In this document: piece by piece, positions 21,024-31,303 of the stretch | Position numbering within the stretch: the first letter of the stretch is position 1 | Layout of the letters: each line of letters starts with the position of its first letter | NCBI GenBank assembly: GCA_900128585.1 | Contig: LT642189.1 | Coordinates: 1 to 37,869 of the forward strand | DNA: 37,869 bases | Origin: Stramenopiles sp. TOSAG23-3 | Lineage: Eukaryota | Direction: 5' to 3' | Made by a program: the position numbers and the translations under genes | Notes under the pieces: model-generated | Seen by the model: the letters and a program-made list of their open reading frames with translations, nothing else | Database searches by the model: none | What the model was told of the DNA's origin: nothing

Positions 21024-21127
21024 ATTATAGTCTTTCGTAGACTAGTCGGTCTAGTTATTAGTAGAGGAGTAGAGAATTATAGTCTTTCGTAGACTAGTCG
21101 GTCTAGTTATTAGTAGAGGAGTAGAGA
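21024..21127. repeat. Exact 52-bp tandem duplication
   Basis: ATTATAGTCTTTCGTAGACTAGTCGGTCTAGTTATTAGTAGAGGAGTAGAGA at 21024-21075 and 21076-21127. Confidence 0.95.
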
Positions 21128-21809
21128 AACGCGTTTTGTAGTCGTTCTATTCTGTTCTTTACATTGTCGTAAAGTTCACTTCACTTCTTTCTTTCTCTCT
21201 TTCATGTTCTTTTTCTTTTTTTTTAGTCGATCGTTCTACATTATAATAGTCGTCTACTTATTCGTTGACTCTGTGGATGGTATGTTTTTTGTCAACCCTC
21301 GCCTCGTTCGTTCTTCCTTCGTAGTTATTTATTTATTGTTGCTATAGCCCCCCTAAGACAAGACACAAGACTAGACTATTTAATAAAGGCTTAAATAAGT
21401 TCTCTATATCTACTATTATTATTGTACGTAATACAACTAACTAACAGGGGAGATTAAACAGGATGAGTGTAATTTTATACGTTTCATTCATTCTTTTATT
21501 ATATACATATACCACACACACACCATACCATAAGTAGAGTAATAATAGTCGTTGTCCTCTTTCTTTCTTTCTTTCTTTCTTTCTTCTTCCTTTATATAAA
21601 AGCTCTTGGTTTAGTCTGTCTTCTTGTCTAGTTTAGTCTGTCTTGTCTGGTCACGTCCTTGCAGGAATAAAGTAATGAAAATGAATGAGAAAGTTAACAC
21701 AAAGAAATAAAGGTCATTCACAGAAAAACACACACAAAATTGTTAATTACTGACAACTTTACCACCCTCAGCAAATAATAACAAAACACTACAACATTTA
21801 CGCGCCAGT

Positions 21810-22562
21810 ATGTATTCCGTAAAGTCCCGAATTCCAAAGAACTGCATCGACATGAACGGGGCACCTATTGCCTTTCGTACCGTCGGCGAGCCCTTCGACT
21901 CGAAGAAGAAGGACAAGAATCCACGATGGAATGGAAAGCAGATGATCACGCAGCCTTCCAAGAAGCAGCATTGTGACGCAAGGCAGCAAGGCTATTTCTC
22001 CAAGCTCGTGTACCAACACGAGGAATATTTTCAGCAGATCCCGTACACGAAAACGCAGCCACTGGATCAGCGCAAGTTAGGCTTCGGTAGCAAGGACGCT
22101 TTCAAAACAGACGAGTTTACCAACACCATTGCCACGGCAGTATACCGTGACACGCTCCGAAAAGAACAAAAGATGAAGAAGAGAAGTGATGTTATTCTCC
22201 AGCAGCGACGTGAAAAGTTGGGACAAGCCGAACCCGAGGCTGTCAGAATGGCGCGCGAAGAAATGGAAGTACAAGGGGACGAAGAAGCGCCCACCTTGTA
22301 CGATTTAACCCACGACGATTCCCTTCAAACTTATGGGTCGGAGCGCAGAGCAAAGCTTTTCCCGAGGGATCGCTTGATGAAGATGGGGCCCCACAAACCA
22401 ATGAGTTACGATATTGGATTTAAGTGTGATGACGCGAGAACAATCTCCATGAACAAAGCAAGCTGTGGTAGCTCGAACGCTACGTCCCAATTCTACGATT
22501 CCGGACATATGCAACTTGGCGCTTTCGCTGTAAAAAAACCTGAAGATAGTATCGGCGAATAA
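21810..22562 (+). CDS. Hypothetical protein, 250 aa, possibly cilia/flagella-associated
   Basis: Clean ORF with coding-like GC. TVGEPF...GKQMIT.PSK...GYF loosely resembles the CFAP96/C4orf47 N-terminus, and KLGFGSKDAFKTDEFTNTI looks like a conserved motif; the assignment is from memory and unverified. Confidence 0.7.
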   Translation: MYSVKSRIPKNCIDMNGAPIAFRTVGEPFDSKKKDKNPRWNGKQMITQPSKKQHCDARQQGYFSKLVYQHEEYFQQIPYTKTQPLDQRKLGFGSKDAFKTDEFTNTIATAVYRDTLRKEQKMKKRSDVILQQRREKLGQAEPEAVRMAREEMEVQGDEEAPTLYDLTHDDSLQTYGSERRAKLFPRDRLMKMGPHKPMSYDIGFKCDDARTISMNKASCGSSNATSQFYDSGHMQLGAFAVKKPEDSIGE

Positions 22563-22718
22563 AGGGCACACGCGTCAGTAAATTAAAACCCGAACCCGAG
22601 GGTTGTTTTATGCCATGAACGCGAGAGGCGAGTTAAACTGGACGCAGGGGTTGGTTACATTTGTAAAAATACAAAAAATACAAAAAAAGTGCTTAATTAT
22701 TATACTCTTTTTAGTAAA

Positions 22719-22744
22719 TATTATCAGCCAATTTTTTGTTTTTA
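22719..22744 (-). repeat. Dispersed convergent-spacer element, variant copy
   Basis: Minus strand reads TAAAAACAAAAAATTGGCTGATAATA versus TAAAAACAAGAAAATTGGCTGTTATT in the identical copies. Confidence 0.7.
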
Positions 22745-22915
22745 GCAACCTTCCTAATCCCCAGTACTTCATTCTTCCTTTCTTCAACATTAAACCCCCC
22801 TACTACCAAAATATTAGCACTAACTTACGTACCGGTAATTAATGAATCCTATATGTACTTTATGCGTAGAACATATATTTTACGGTTCCCGGTAATCAGG
22901 CACTACCTTATACGA

Positions 22916-24646
22916 CTAAAACCCAAACCCCAGCCCCCCTCCAGTTTTTGTCCATTGCACTTCAATTTCTTCCCCCCATTGTGCTTTGTATTTCTTTCCG
23001 TTGAACTCGCACGTCTCAAGCGCAAGCGCCCGCTTTGTTGAAAAGGAGCCAGGCACATAGGACGAGCCAGCCCCTTTGGCTTCGTTCAGAAGATTGCACC
23101 TCATGTACGCCAGGGCCACAGCTTCTGAGCAAAACATGCCTTCCCTGTCGTTTTTGCTGCCGACGTTACTTTTTCTCTTACCTCTGGCGGAAGACAATTT
23201 GTTCCAGCCAATGGAGTATTTTTTGTACATATTGTCTTGCATAAATTTGATGAACTGATGATGGATCTCCATGGGGAAATCGTCGACTGGGTTCTCGTCG
23301 CTTCCAGCATCTTTGGAATCGTTAAATTTCCGACATTTGCTGGCATCCAGCTTGGCAAAGCGCTCCGTCTCGGTGCTGGTGATTTCGTCACTTCCATCCG
23401 ATGATTCGATGACATGGAGCTTTCGCCACACCGTTTTTGCATATGGAAGGTACCACTTTTTCTTCCGGAACTTAACAAAGTTGTGGGCTTTGACGCCATC
23501 GCCCGTGGAGTCGAAGAGGAGGCACTGCTTCGAACCGTCCGGCCCAATGCCAGTACAGCACAGCGCAGCATGGTCGTAGTCGTAGCCAGTAATTGCACGG
23601 ATTCTCCGGCACATAAATTTTTTGCCTGTCATCATTAGAACGTCACCCGTCCTCATCTGTTCCAGAAATTCGTCGAAGGAAACGGAGTTGCTGGGATCCC
23701 CCAAACTGCTCTGACGAGCCAAAACCTGGTCTATGGACTGACGCCAGCTTTCTGCATCCTCTTTTGAGTCTGTTTTTATGGGAATTCGGGTCTCGTCGCT
23801 TTGGACAATCGCGAAGCGCTTCTTCGAACTATCTCCTTCCCCGCTACTTTCCGTAGTGGAATCCCCCCCTTTGTTGTCATCTTCTTCCCGTGTTGCACAG
23901 CAAGGTAACAGTGAAAATGAATCCGTGTCCAGGAAATCAGATACATAAGCGCCGTGTAAATCAACTGTCCGCTTTGGTCTCAAATTCTTGTCCATCGCTT
24001 CGGCAGTCTTGTAGCATAACAGTACGTTGTTCCTAATTTTGCAGTAGCGTTTTCTGTTCTTGACGGTAATCAAAGGATTCAAAGCTTTGGCAGTGCTGCT
24101 ATTCTCGAGTTCTTGGTGAGCATGAAAGTTGAATCCTCCCCCCTGTGCCGATGCGTCGTCCTCCGCGGTGGACTCGGCGTCGGAGTCCTCTGCTTCCAGG
24201 AAGCGGGCATTGCTAGCCTCTTCTCGGTTCGAAGGGCTGCTCTGAACGACCATGTTCATATAGTCGCTAAGATCCTCCAGCGTTGCATTTTCCTCGTTTT
24301 CCCCGGCAGGTAAAATTGTTGCATAAATGTAGTCTGAACTATCTTGTATTCTAATATTCCCATCGTTGTAAATAACTAAGAAGTTCGACGCTTCGTGCAG
24401 CTCTATCCCGGGCGGGGCTCCTTGGAGCTTGCCTGCTTCAGCTTCTTTGTACTGCTCTTCATCACCAAAAAATAGAACACATGTATCTGTCAATACAATA
24501 AAATAGGACACCTTCTCCCCATCCGCAGCTTGCCAAATGACGCTCACACTACCCGAGTACAGAGGTTTGTGCCATTCCGACCTGAGATTATCCAGTTCGT
24601 CCTCCCAGTCTTCCGGAGTTAGTTGCAGCGATTCAGTCCCGCCCAT
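22916..24646 (-). CDS. PH-domain protein with C-terminal permuted papain-like (NlpC/P60, YiiX/YebB-type) domain, 576 aa
   Basis: N-terminal MGGTES (myristoylation-like); PH signature RKRYCKIRNNVLLCYK...DAESWRQSI; permuted catalytic order TGDVL...YDHAAL (His) before FCSEAVALAY (Cys), then YVPGSF. Confidence 0.85.
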   Translation of the reverse strand: MGGTESLQLTPEDWEDELDNLRSEWHKPLYSGSVSVIWQAADGEKVSYFIVLTDTCVLFFGDEEQYKEAEAGKLQGAPPGIELHEASNFLVIYNDGNIRIQDSSDYIYATILPAGENEENATLEDLSDYMNMVVQSSPSNREEASNARFLEAEDSDAESTAEDDASAQGGGFNFHAHQELENSSTAKALNPLITVKNRKRYCKIRNNVLLCYKTAEAMDKNLRPKRTVDLHGAYVSDFLDTDSFSLLPCCATREEDDNKGGDSTTESSGEGDSSKKRFAIVQSDETRIPIKTDSKEDAESWRQSIDQVLARQSSLGDPSNSVSFDEFLEQMRTGDVLMMTGKKFMCRRIRAITGYDYDHAALCCTGIGPDGSKQCLLFDSTGDGVKAHNFVKFRKKKWYLPYAKTVWRKLHVIESSDGSDEITSTETERFAKLDASKCRKFNDSKDAGSDENPVDDFPMEIHHQFIKFMQDNMYKKYSIGWNKLSSARGKRKSNVGSKNDREGMFCSEAVALAYMRCNLLNEAKGAGSSYVPGSFSTKRALALETCEFNGKKYKAQWGEEIEVQWTKTGGGLGFGF

Positions 24647-25151
24647 ACTTTCGAGTTGCGAAAGACCAAACTGTTCGTTTTAGAAACGAAAATATGTATT
24701 CGGTGCAATCAACGTAAAACAAGATCTTAGTATAAGACTACATTGACGCAAAATTTAAAAGTTCAATCATCGATTGATTATATTTATGGAAGGAAGGAAA
24801 CGACAAATGTCTCGATCAAATAATAATATTATTATTATTTATTTATTAAAAAATAACACAGTATTATTATTATATTGTGAGATATTTTTTGTTAATTAAA
24901 AAAAGAAGAAGATCCTCCGAGGAGAATTTTCCTTCTTCATCATCTTTTTTAGGATTATTTATTATCCATTCTATTGGCATTATATCTAATATATAGGACT
25001 ACCAAGTACTACAGGAAATAAGCGAAAGAAATAATAATAATAGAAGGGATTTACTACCGGTATTAATAATACTATTATGATGAATAACAAACTAATAAAC
25101 TGCCTTGACGTGTGAGTATATTTACAAAATGTTCAAAGAAAAAGTTGAACA

Positions 25152-27635
25152 TCAAGGGTCGATCCATTTCAGAAAACCTGGCCGAATCGTATCTTTTATT
25201 CTTTGGCGTGTCGCATGAGTCGTGTCGGGATTAACGTTGGCAAATGCGCGTATGTGGTCTCGGCGCTCTTTGGCTGCCTTTTTATGCCGTTTCGTGTCTG
25301 CATAATACAAACGCACCTTGTCCTCATCGCTCCAATGAACTTTGGGCAACTTCTTTGGCTTCCCTACCATGCTATGCCTGTGGATTGTACCGCTGTGTTG
25401 GTCTAGCCACGTTGGGGGTACAACCTTGGACAAGTCAATCACGGAACGAAGGTAGTCCTTTGTAAGAATACTGGCTACGTTGCGCAGTTCCATGGGCTTT
25501 GGTCCAGTGCCAAGCGTCTTCAAACGTTCTTGAAACTTGTTCGCTTTCAGTTTCCCACTGCTAGCACGTTCAGCGTAGCATGGTCTGAAATGAGGGTTGT
25601 ACGTTTCTAGTTTCGACGTGGTCGCAAAGCTTGGGACCAAGTGAGGCCCGCGCCCTCTCAGGGGGGAATAGAACGAAGCGTTCTTCAGCGAGCTATCGAC
25701 ATCCATCTCAACCGACGCATTCGCTTGTTTCGATACCCCTAGCCGCTTTTTCTCCCTTTCCAGCGCAGGGTTCCCAGCGTGGTACCTGTGGGACGGGTTC
25801 GTAGAGTGCATTTTAAAGTTTCCAATATTTCCTTTACTGATAGAAGCCAAATGGTGTTTCAGCTTGCTGGATGATGCCTTTTGAAAACTTTTGTGGCGGA
25901 CGCCGCGGGAATTAATCGAAACGTTCTCCGCCTCGACCAAATTTCGCAACTGGTCCTTGGGGAAACGTTTCAAGTCAGGCGGCGCCAGGCACATGCAGAC
26001 CGTCGGCCCTCTCGTCACGACGGTCTCGGGAGAAACTTCGCTGTAGTAACAAGACATCATTCCGCAGTATGATCCTGGAAGAAGCGATGCTAGGCGAACC
26101 TGGCGCTTTGGCAAGACGTCCCCGACAATGTCTTTGCTCACGTAGCACTCACCTTCCACCAAGAAAAACACGAAGTCTGCAAATTTGTCCTCTCGCAGAA
26201 GAATTTCTCCGCCCCGAAAGGTTTTTCTCTGGAACAGTGCTGCCAACGAGTTGAGCGACCCTGCATTAAACTTCCGGATGCCAGGAATCAGCCCCCTCAG
26301 CCAGTCTCGCTGTTGCTTTTTCAGCTGCTCTTCCTTGGACTGGAATAAATCGTAATAGTCATCCCGGCTTACGTGCATGAATAAACTTGGCTGCTCCGTG
26401 ACATAGGCATCCTCACAGACAACCTCGTTCAGCATTTCCGAGAGCGCAACGATATCCCCAGGGAAGTACCACGAGTCGCCCACGTCCGAACCGTCAGGGG
26501 CTTGAGTTCTGATCGACAGGGACTTCTTTTGTCGAACGGCGCCGTTTAAGCACAAGTATACGTACGCTGCTTTACTTCCTCGTGGAAGAACTATCCCATT
26601 GGCTTCCATGTACTTGAAGTGCGCGCGCTTGATAAATGTTTTTCTGCTCTTTTCGGTCATGTCTGCCAAAAATGGTATGCCCTGAACGATGTACTTTTCC
26701 AGCAAGGAAACGTTCTGGTCGTTTCGAACGTTTCTAGCCACAGTTTGCACGTTGTAGGCTAAATGTCGAATCCGAGCCTGCATTATAAGTTCGTACTCGT
26801 CGTGCTTGATAAACATAAGGTCTACGTCAGTCGTAGCTTTGATGGTTAGCCCTCTCCGTTTATCCGCACGTTTGTCCATGCGCTCCTGGCTGCCAAAAAC
26901 GTCCCCAGGGCCGTACTGCGACACGATCTCGTAGCCGTCGTCGGAGTCTTCCACCTCTCGTTCGTCGAACAGCTCGTGTTTTGGGTGATGGCGGGTGAGG
27001 GAAAACCGTCGGGCGACTAACCCTGCTGACATCATGTGCATTTTTGGGGATCCAGGTTTACCTGCAGGAGACTTGCCCCTTGCCCTTTTCGCCTTTGTTG
27101 TCTTTGGTCGTTTTGGAGACCGTTTCCCCTTCGCTTTCGTCCGTTTCACTGCCTTGCCCCCTGCCCCTCCGGGGTCCACGATGGGAGAGCTAGGCGCGGA
27201 AACGTCGACTGGGCTTTGGGCGTCTTGGCCTTCTCCGCCGGATGACTCTTCTTGCGGCAACTGTTTGACTGCACGGCATGATCCAGACAGCACTATGTAC
27301 AACCCATCTTCTACGTCAAGCTCCCTGTACACCACCGTGTGCGCACGAAACTTCAAATAAACCCCACAGCTGACGATGCTCCGAATAGACTCTCCAGACT
27401 TAAGATTTTTAAAGAATGGCAATTCCAACACTTCCGCTTGAATGTTCCTAATTGCATGTATCGATCGCAATTCTGGTGGGGTGCGCAGGTCTCGAACGAT
27501 CGCCAGTGCGTTTATTCCATTCTTTAAAGGGATAACAGGCACCGGTTTTCCGTCAAAACGGGTCCCATCTTTTGTATTTACAGAAATAGCACTAAGACTG
27601 CTTCGCCGCTTAAGCAGGTTGTTTGTATCGGCCAT
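25152..27635 (-). CDS. Cyclic-nucleotide-binding domain protein (about three cNMP domains), 827 aa
   Basis: Repeated cNMP-domain patterns: LPFF...VYRELD...LYIVLSG...GPGDVFG; IPFL...YLCLNG...PGDIV; FRGGEILLRE...VFFLVEGEC...LLPGSYCG. Confidence 0.85.
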   Translation of the reverse strand: MADTNNLLKRRSSLSAISVNTKDGTRFDGKPVPVIPLKNGINALAIVRDLRTPPELRSIHAIRNIQAEVLELPFFKNLKSGESIRSIVSCGVYLKFRAHTVVYRELDVEDGLYIVLSGSCRAVKQLPQEESSGGEGQDAQSPVDVSAPSSPIVDPGGAGGKAVKRTKAKGKRSPKRPKTTKAKRARGKSPAGKPGSPKMHMMSAGLVARRFSLTRHHPKHELFDEREVEDSDDGYEIVSQYGPGDVFGSQERMDKRADKRRGLTIKATTDVDLMFIKHDEYELIMQARIRHLAYNVQTVARNVRNDQNVSLLEKYIVQGIPFLADMTEKSRKTFIKRAHFKYMEANGIVLPRGSKAAYVYLCLNGAVRQKKSLSIRTQAPDGSDVGDSWYFPGDIVALSEMLNEVVCEDAYVTEQPSLFMHVSRDDYYDLFQSKEEQLKKQQRDWLRGLIPGIRKFNAGSLNSLAALFQRKTFRGGEILLREDKFADFVFFLVEGECYVSKDIVGDVLPKRQVRLASLLPGSYCGMMSCYYSEVSPETVVTRGPTVCMCLAPPDLKRFPKDQLRNLVEAENVSINSRGVRHKSFQKASSSKLKHHLASISKGNIGNFKMHSTNPSHRYHAGNPALEREKKRLGVSKQANASVEMDVDSSLKNASFYSPLRGRGPHLVPSFATTSKLETYNPHFRPCYAERASSGKLKANKFQERLKTLGTGPKPMELRNVASILTKDYLRSVIDLSKVVPPTWLDQHSGTIHRHSMVGKPKKLPKVHWSDEDKVRLYYADTKRHKKAAKERRDHIRAFANVNPDTTHATRQRIKDTIRPGFLKWIDP

Positions 27636-28333
27636 CCTTCCCTAAAGCCCAAATTGGAACGGCAAAAACCTTGGAGGGCATAACAATTGCAACCGTACTA
27701 CCAGCTACTAACAGTTTTATCTCTAGACAAGGGAGTCCAGGTTCGTGTTTGGCTGGTTAACCCGAATTCTTTGCCTGCCCAAAAAGTGCGCGAGGAACGT
27801 CGTCGTCGTACTGGTATTATATTTAATTACCAAGTTGGTAAGAGGAGAACTAAAAAAATAATAAAAAGAATAATAAACAACAACTGCTTCGTTCGTCTTA
27901 ATACCAATCATAATAAATACGAGGATTAGTCTAATAATTTATAGCTGTGTCCTATTTAAATTGTATAGTTTAAATTGTTATACATGTACAGGCTCGAATA
28001 GTACGGTTCGATTCGATATTTTAATACGAGGAGTACCGTACGAGGAATGGGAATGGGATGGAAAGAAGAAGTATAGTGTGGGTTATGATTAGGGTTATGT
28101 CTTCACTTGTTGACTTGTTGTGTGTGTGATAAAATCATATGAACTTGTTTATATAATATATAAATAAACCCGCAATATTTGTGAACAAGCAGAAGATTGT
28201 TTGCATGCCTTTTTTCCTTTTTTAAGACGAGTGCGTTCAGGTGGCAGTGTTTTGCCGCAAAGGCCGCAGAGCAAGCAAACGCTTTGTTCCGTGTCATAGA
28301 AAATCTAAGCTTTGATCTTATACACCGACCGCT

Positions 28334-29299
28334 TCATTTTTTGCCTTCGTCTGCTCCCTCTCCTGCTGCTTCCTCGGCAGCCTTTTCGGCCATCATTTTT
28401 TCCGCCAATGCAGTGGAGTAGTCTTTCATGAACCCGGACAATACGTCGCCTTTGGTCGTTGTAAATTCGTGCTTTTCAATATCCGCTCCGGCGACACGAA
28501 TGTAAAAGGATTCTTTTTCGTTGTAGTTCCAGCGCTCGATTTTAGACAGGGGAAAGTATGCAACAGACTCGCGCGATTCTGCGCCAAGAATGTGCAATCC
28601 GTCAATGTTGATACCGATCAGAACTAATTCTGGAGTTCCTTCTTTCAGGCATGTTTGCTTGACTTCGATGAAGAAGCAACCATTGCATTGCCATTCCGCG
28701 CAGGTTTTGACGTACTCTGCCTTCATTGCGACCACGTCGCCTTCTTGGTCAAGCTCGGCGTGCCCCGCAAGGATGGCCGCTTCCCATTCCGCAGGCGTCT
28801 TGTTCCCAAACATGTTGCCTGGGATCATTTCCGCCACGCGATCCGCGAGGAAGCCCTCCTTGTGAACTTCTGGGTTCGATTTCCCGTACTTGATGAACGC
28901 GTCCATCGCCGCCAATTTCAGGCACTTGGCCTCATCCTTGTAGAAATGGGTACCCGTGATTACGCTGTGCAAAGATTGCACAAACAGAAGGTGGGTCAGC
29001 ATGGGGTCCGACTCGTAGCCGCTCGCCACTGCTGGAGTGAGGAGTTTCAGCATGTAAATGAGTTTCGCCGCACTTTGCTGTGCTTCCAAGATGGACGCCT
29101 TGCTATCTAGCGGGGTGTTGCCGACCACGCCATCTTTCGACTGAAAAACAGTGAAGTTAGCCCCGACGGTTTCGTCCTTAAACGCGAGCTTTCCAACCAT
29201 CTCGTTGCAGACGTCCCCGACCGTCGTGGCCTCGGTCACGGTAAACTGCTTGGACGAGTTGTCCAGAAAGTACACTTTTACAATTGCCTCTTCTGCCAT
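28334..29299 (-). CDS. Stand-alone FERM domain protein, 321 aa
   Basis: F1 ubiquitin-like lobe VKVYFLDNSSKQFTVTEATTVGDV; F2 LLFVQ...LKLAA...EMIP...EWEAAI...EYVK; F3 PTB-like lobe LIGINIDGLHIL...FPLSKIERW. Confidence 0.88.
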   Translation of the reverse strand: MAEEAIVKVYFLDNSSKQFTVTEATTVGDVCNEMVGKLAFKDETVGANFTVFQSKDGVVGNTPLDSKASILEAQQSAAKLIYMLKLLTPAVASGYESDPMLTHLLFVQSLHSVITGTHFYKDEAKCLKLAAMDAFIKYGKSNPEVHKEGFLADRVAEMIPGNMFGNKTPAEWEAAILAGHAELDQEGDVVAMKAEYVKTCAEWQCNGCFFIEVKQTCLKEGTPELVLIGINIDGLHILGAESRESVAYFPLSKIERWNYNEKESFYIRVAGADIEKHEFTTTKGDVLSGFMKDYSTALAEKMMAEKAAEEAAGEGADEGKK

Positions 29300-30060
29300 C
29301 GTTGTCTTGTTACGTTTGTAGTTTATTTCGAAAATTTATGGATGAATGTAATTTTATCGGTTTCTGATATTGTCTGCGGTCGTTGAATGACTGATTGAAT
29401 GAATCGTTATTCTCTCTTTTGTGTATCTTCACTTGTCCATCCGGTCATACTTATCTAAACTATTCGATCTGTTCAACAAACAATCTCGATAACATATTTT
29501 ATAATAATAATAATAATCTATTATTAATTATATCCTCTTTCTTCTTCTTTCTTTTTTCTTTTTTCTTCCTTTTACACTCTAATAATAAATAAAGCCTTAT
29601 CTTATTATTATTAGACTACTATTACGTATAGGTAGGATACCGAAGAGCACTTCTAGCTTCTTTACTTATTTTTATATATTAATAATTTTAATATTTTCGC
29701 ATTTGTTTGTATTTCTATAATAATTAAGGTAAATATATATATTCTTATCATTCTTAAATACCAAAAGTATATATTATTTATATATATATATCAATATAAA
29801 ATTAAAACAATACATAAATATTAACATCCTTAATTAATGAAGAAAGAAAGGAAGAAAGATCCATTTTGCTTTGGATCGATGGTGTGGATTATGCCGCTGT
29901 GATGTGTCTATGTTATAATTAAAAAAAGTTAATATTGTAATACAATGGAAAATAGCCAGCTCTTTCTATCTATTCTAGTTTATTTAGATTATTTTAAGTC
30001 ATTCTATTATATAATGTAATATCTGTGCTCTCGTACTCGTCGTACAGTACGAGGAGATAA

Positions 30061-30173
30061 TAAAAGAAAGAAAGAAAGAAAAGGAAGGAAGGAAGGAAGG
30101 AAAGAAAAGAAAGAAAAGGAAGGAAGAAAAGAAAGAAAAGAAAGAAAAGAAAAGAAAGAAAAGGAAGGAAGGA
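30061..30173. repeat. Polypurine tract of (AAAG)n/(GGAA)n units
   Basis: A/G microsatellite mosaic. Confidence 0.85.
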
Positions 30174-30395
30174 ATACAACAGAACACAGCATTCAGGACG
30201 AAACAAAAGTTAATTAATTGAAGTGCGTGATGTCCTGATGTTATTCTATTTAAAATAGTTGTATAGTGTTGATATTTAATACTATGTCTATATTAAATAG
30301 AAATGAGGATAAGTTGAAGACCAAACTGAGTCGAACTAATAAAAGTACCGGTATTAAAATAATAAAAGAATAAAATAAGAGTACGGTACAGTATG

Positions 30396-30450
30396 AAAAC
30401 AAAACAAAACAAAACAAAACAAAACAAAAGAAAACAAAAGAAAACAAAAC
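30396..30450. repeat. (AAAAC/AAAAG)11 microsatellite
   Basis: Eleven pentamer units, two with a C>G change. Confidence 0.9.
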
Positions 30451-31303
30451 TTCACATTTTAAGTTCGTACATCAGAACACAACTACGTTAGTCGTATATA
30501 TAAATAGGTAGAGACTATTTATACCTCGTAGACTTGACTACATGTAAGTACCAAATCACGTTTTAACTGTACCCTTCCCTTAATCCCATAATACCTGGGG
30601 TATATAATACTTGTTTCCTTCCTTATTTTATTTAGCTTACCTATATAAATAGAAATGTCCGTTTTACTTAAATATGACCATCCATCCAGATATTCATATA
30701 TTCATTTGATTTTAAATACTGTTTACTACTGTTATATTATTATTGACTATTTTACTTCATATTTATTATATACATTTTAAATAATTAATAGTCCAAATAG
30801 ACAACTAATGTAACGTATTACTATTGGAAATAGAATACGTAGGATTTTTTATTTATTTTTAGTTCTTACAGTTCTTACTACTCACTCTCTCTCGCTCAAC
30901 GTTATTATAGCTAAGGGTATGAGTTCATATACTTTACATATACTGTACAGTGTCTTGGATTTGTTAAAATAGAAATATCATTACGATACACCTCTCTCCC
31001 TCCCTCCCCCTGATAATCTGATAATACACCTGTAATATATAAAAATAAGAATAAAAAAATACATTATATTACTCTTCTTCTTACTTTTGTTTACCAACAA
31101 CCTACCTACCTACATCGTCGTTTCAATTTCTTGTATACCAATCGATTGTGTGCATGCTTCGCTTCATTGAGCGCATGGGTGGAAGGAAAGAAAAACCGGC
31201 AGAAACGCCTTTTTTGTGTCTTTCGTATTCCCAGGAAAGCAACGACGACGACAAAGTAGTTCATAGTGCGTGGTAGAAAACTGAGTTCGTACACAAACTA
31301 CTG

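Noticed and set aside
21024..21127. CRISPR-like array
   Set aside because: Two adjacent units with no spacer, in a eukaryotic context with no cas genes.
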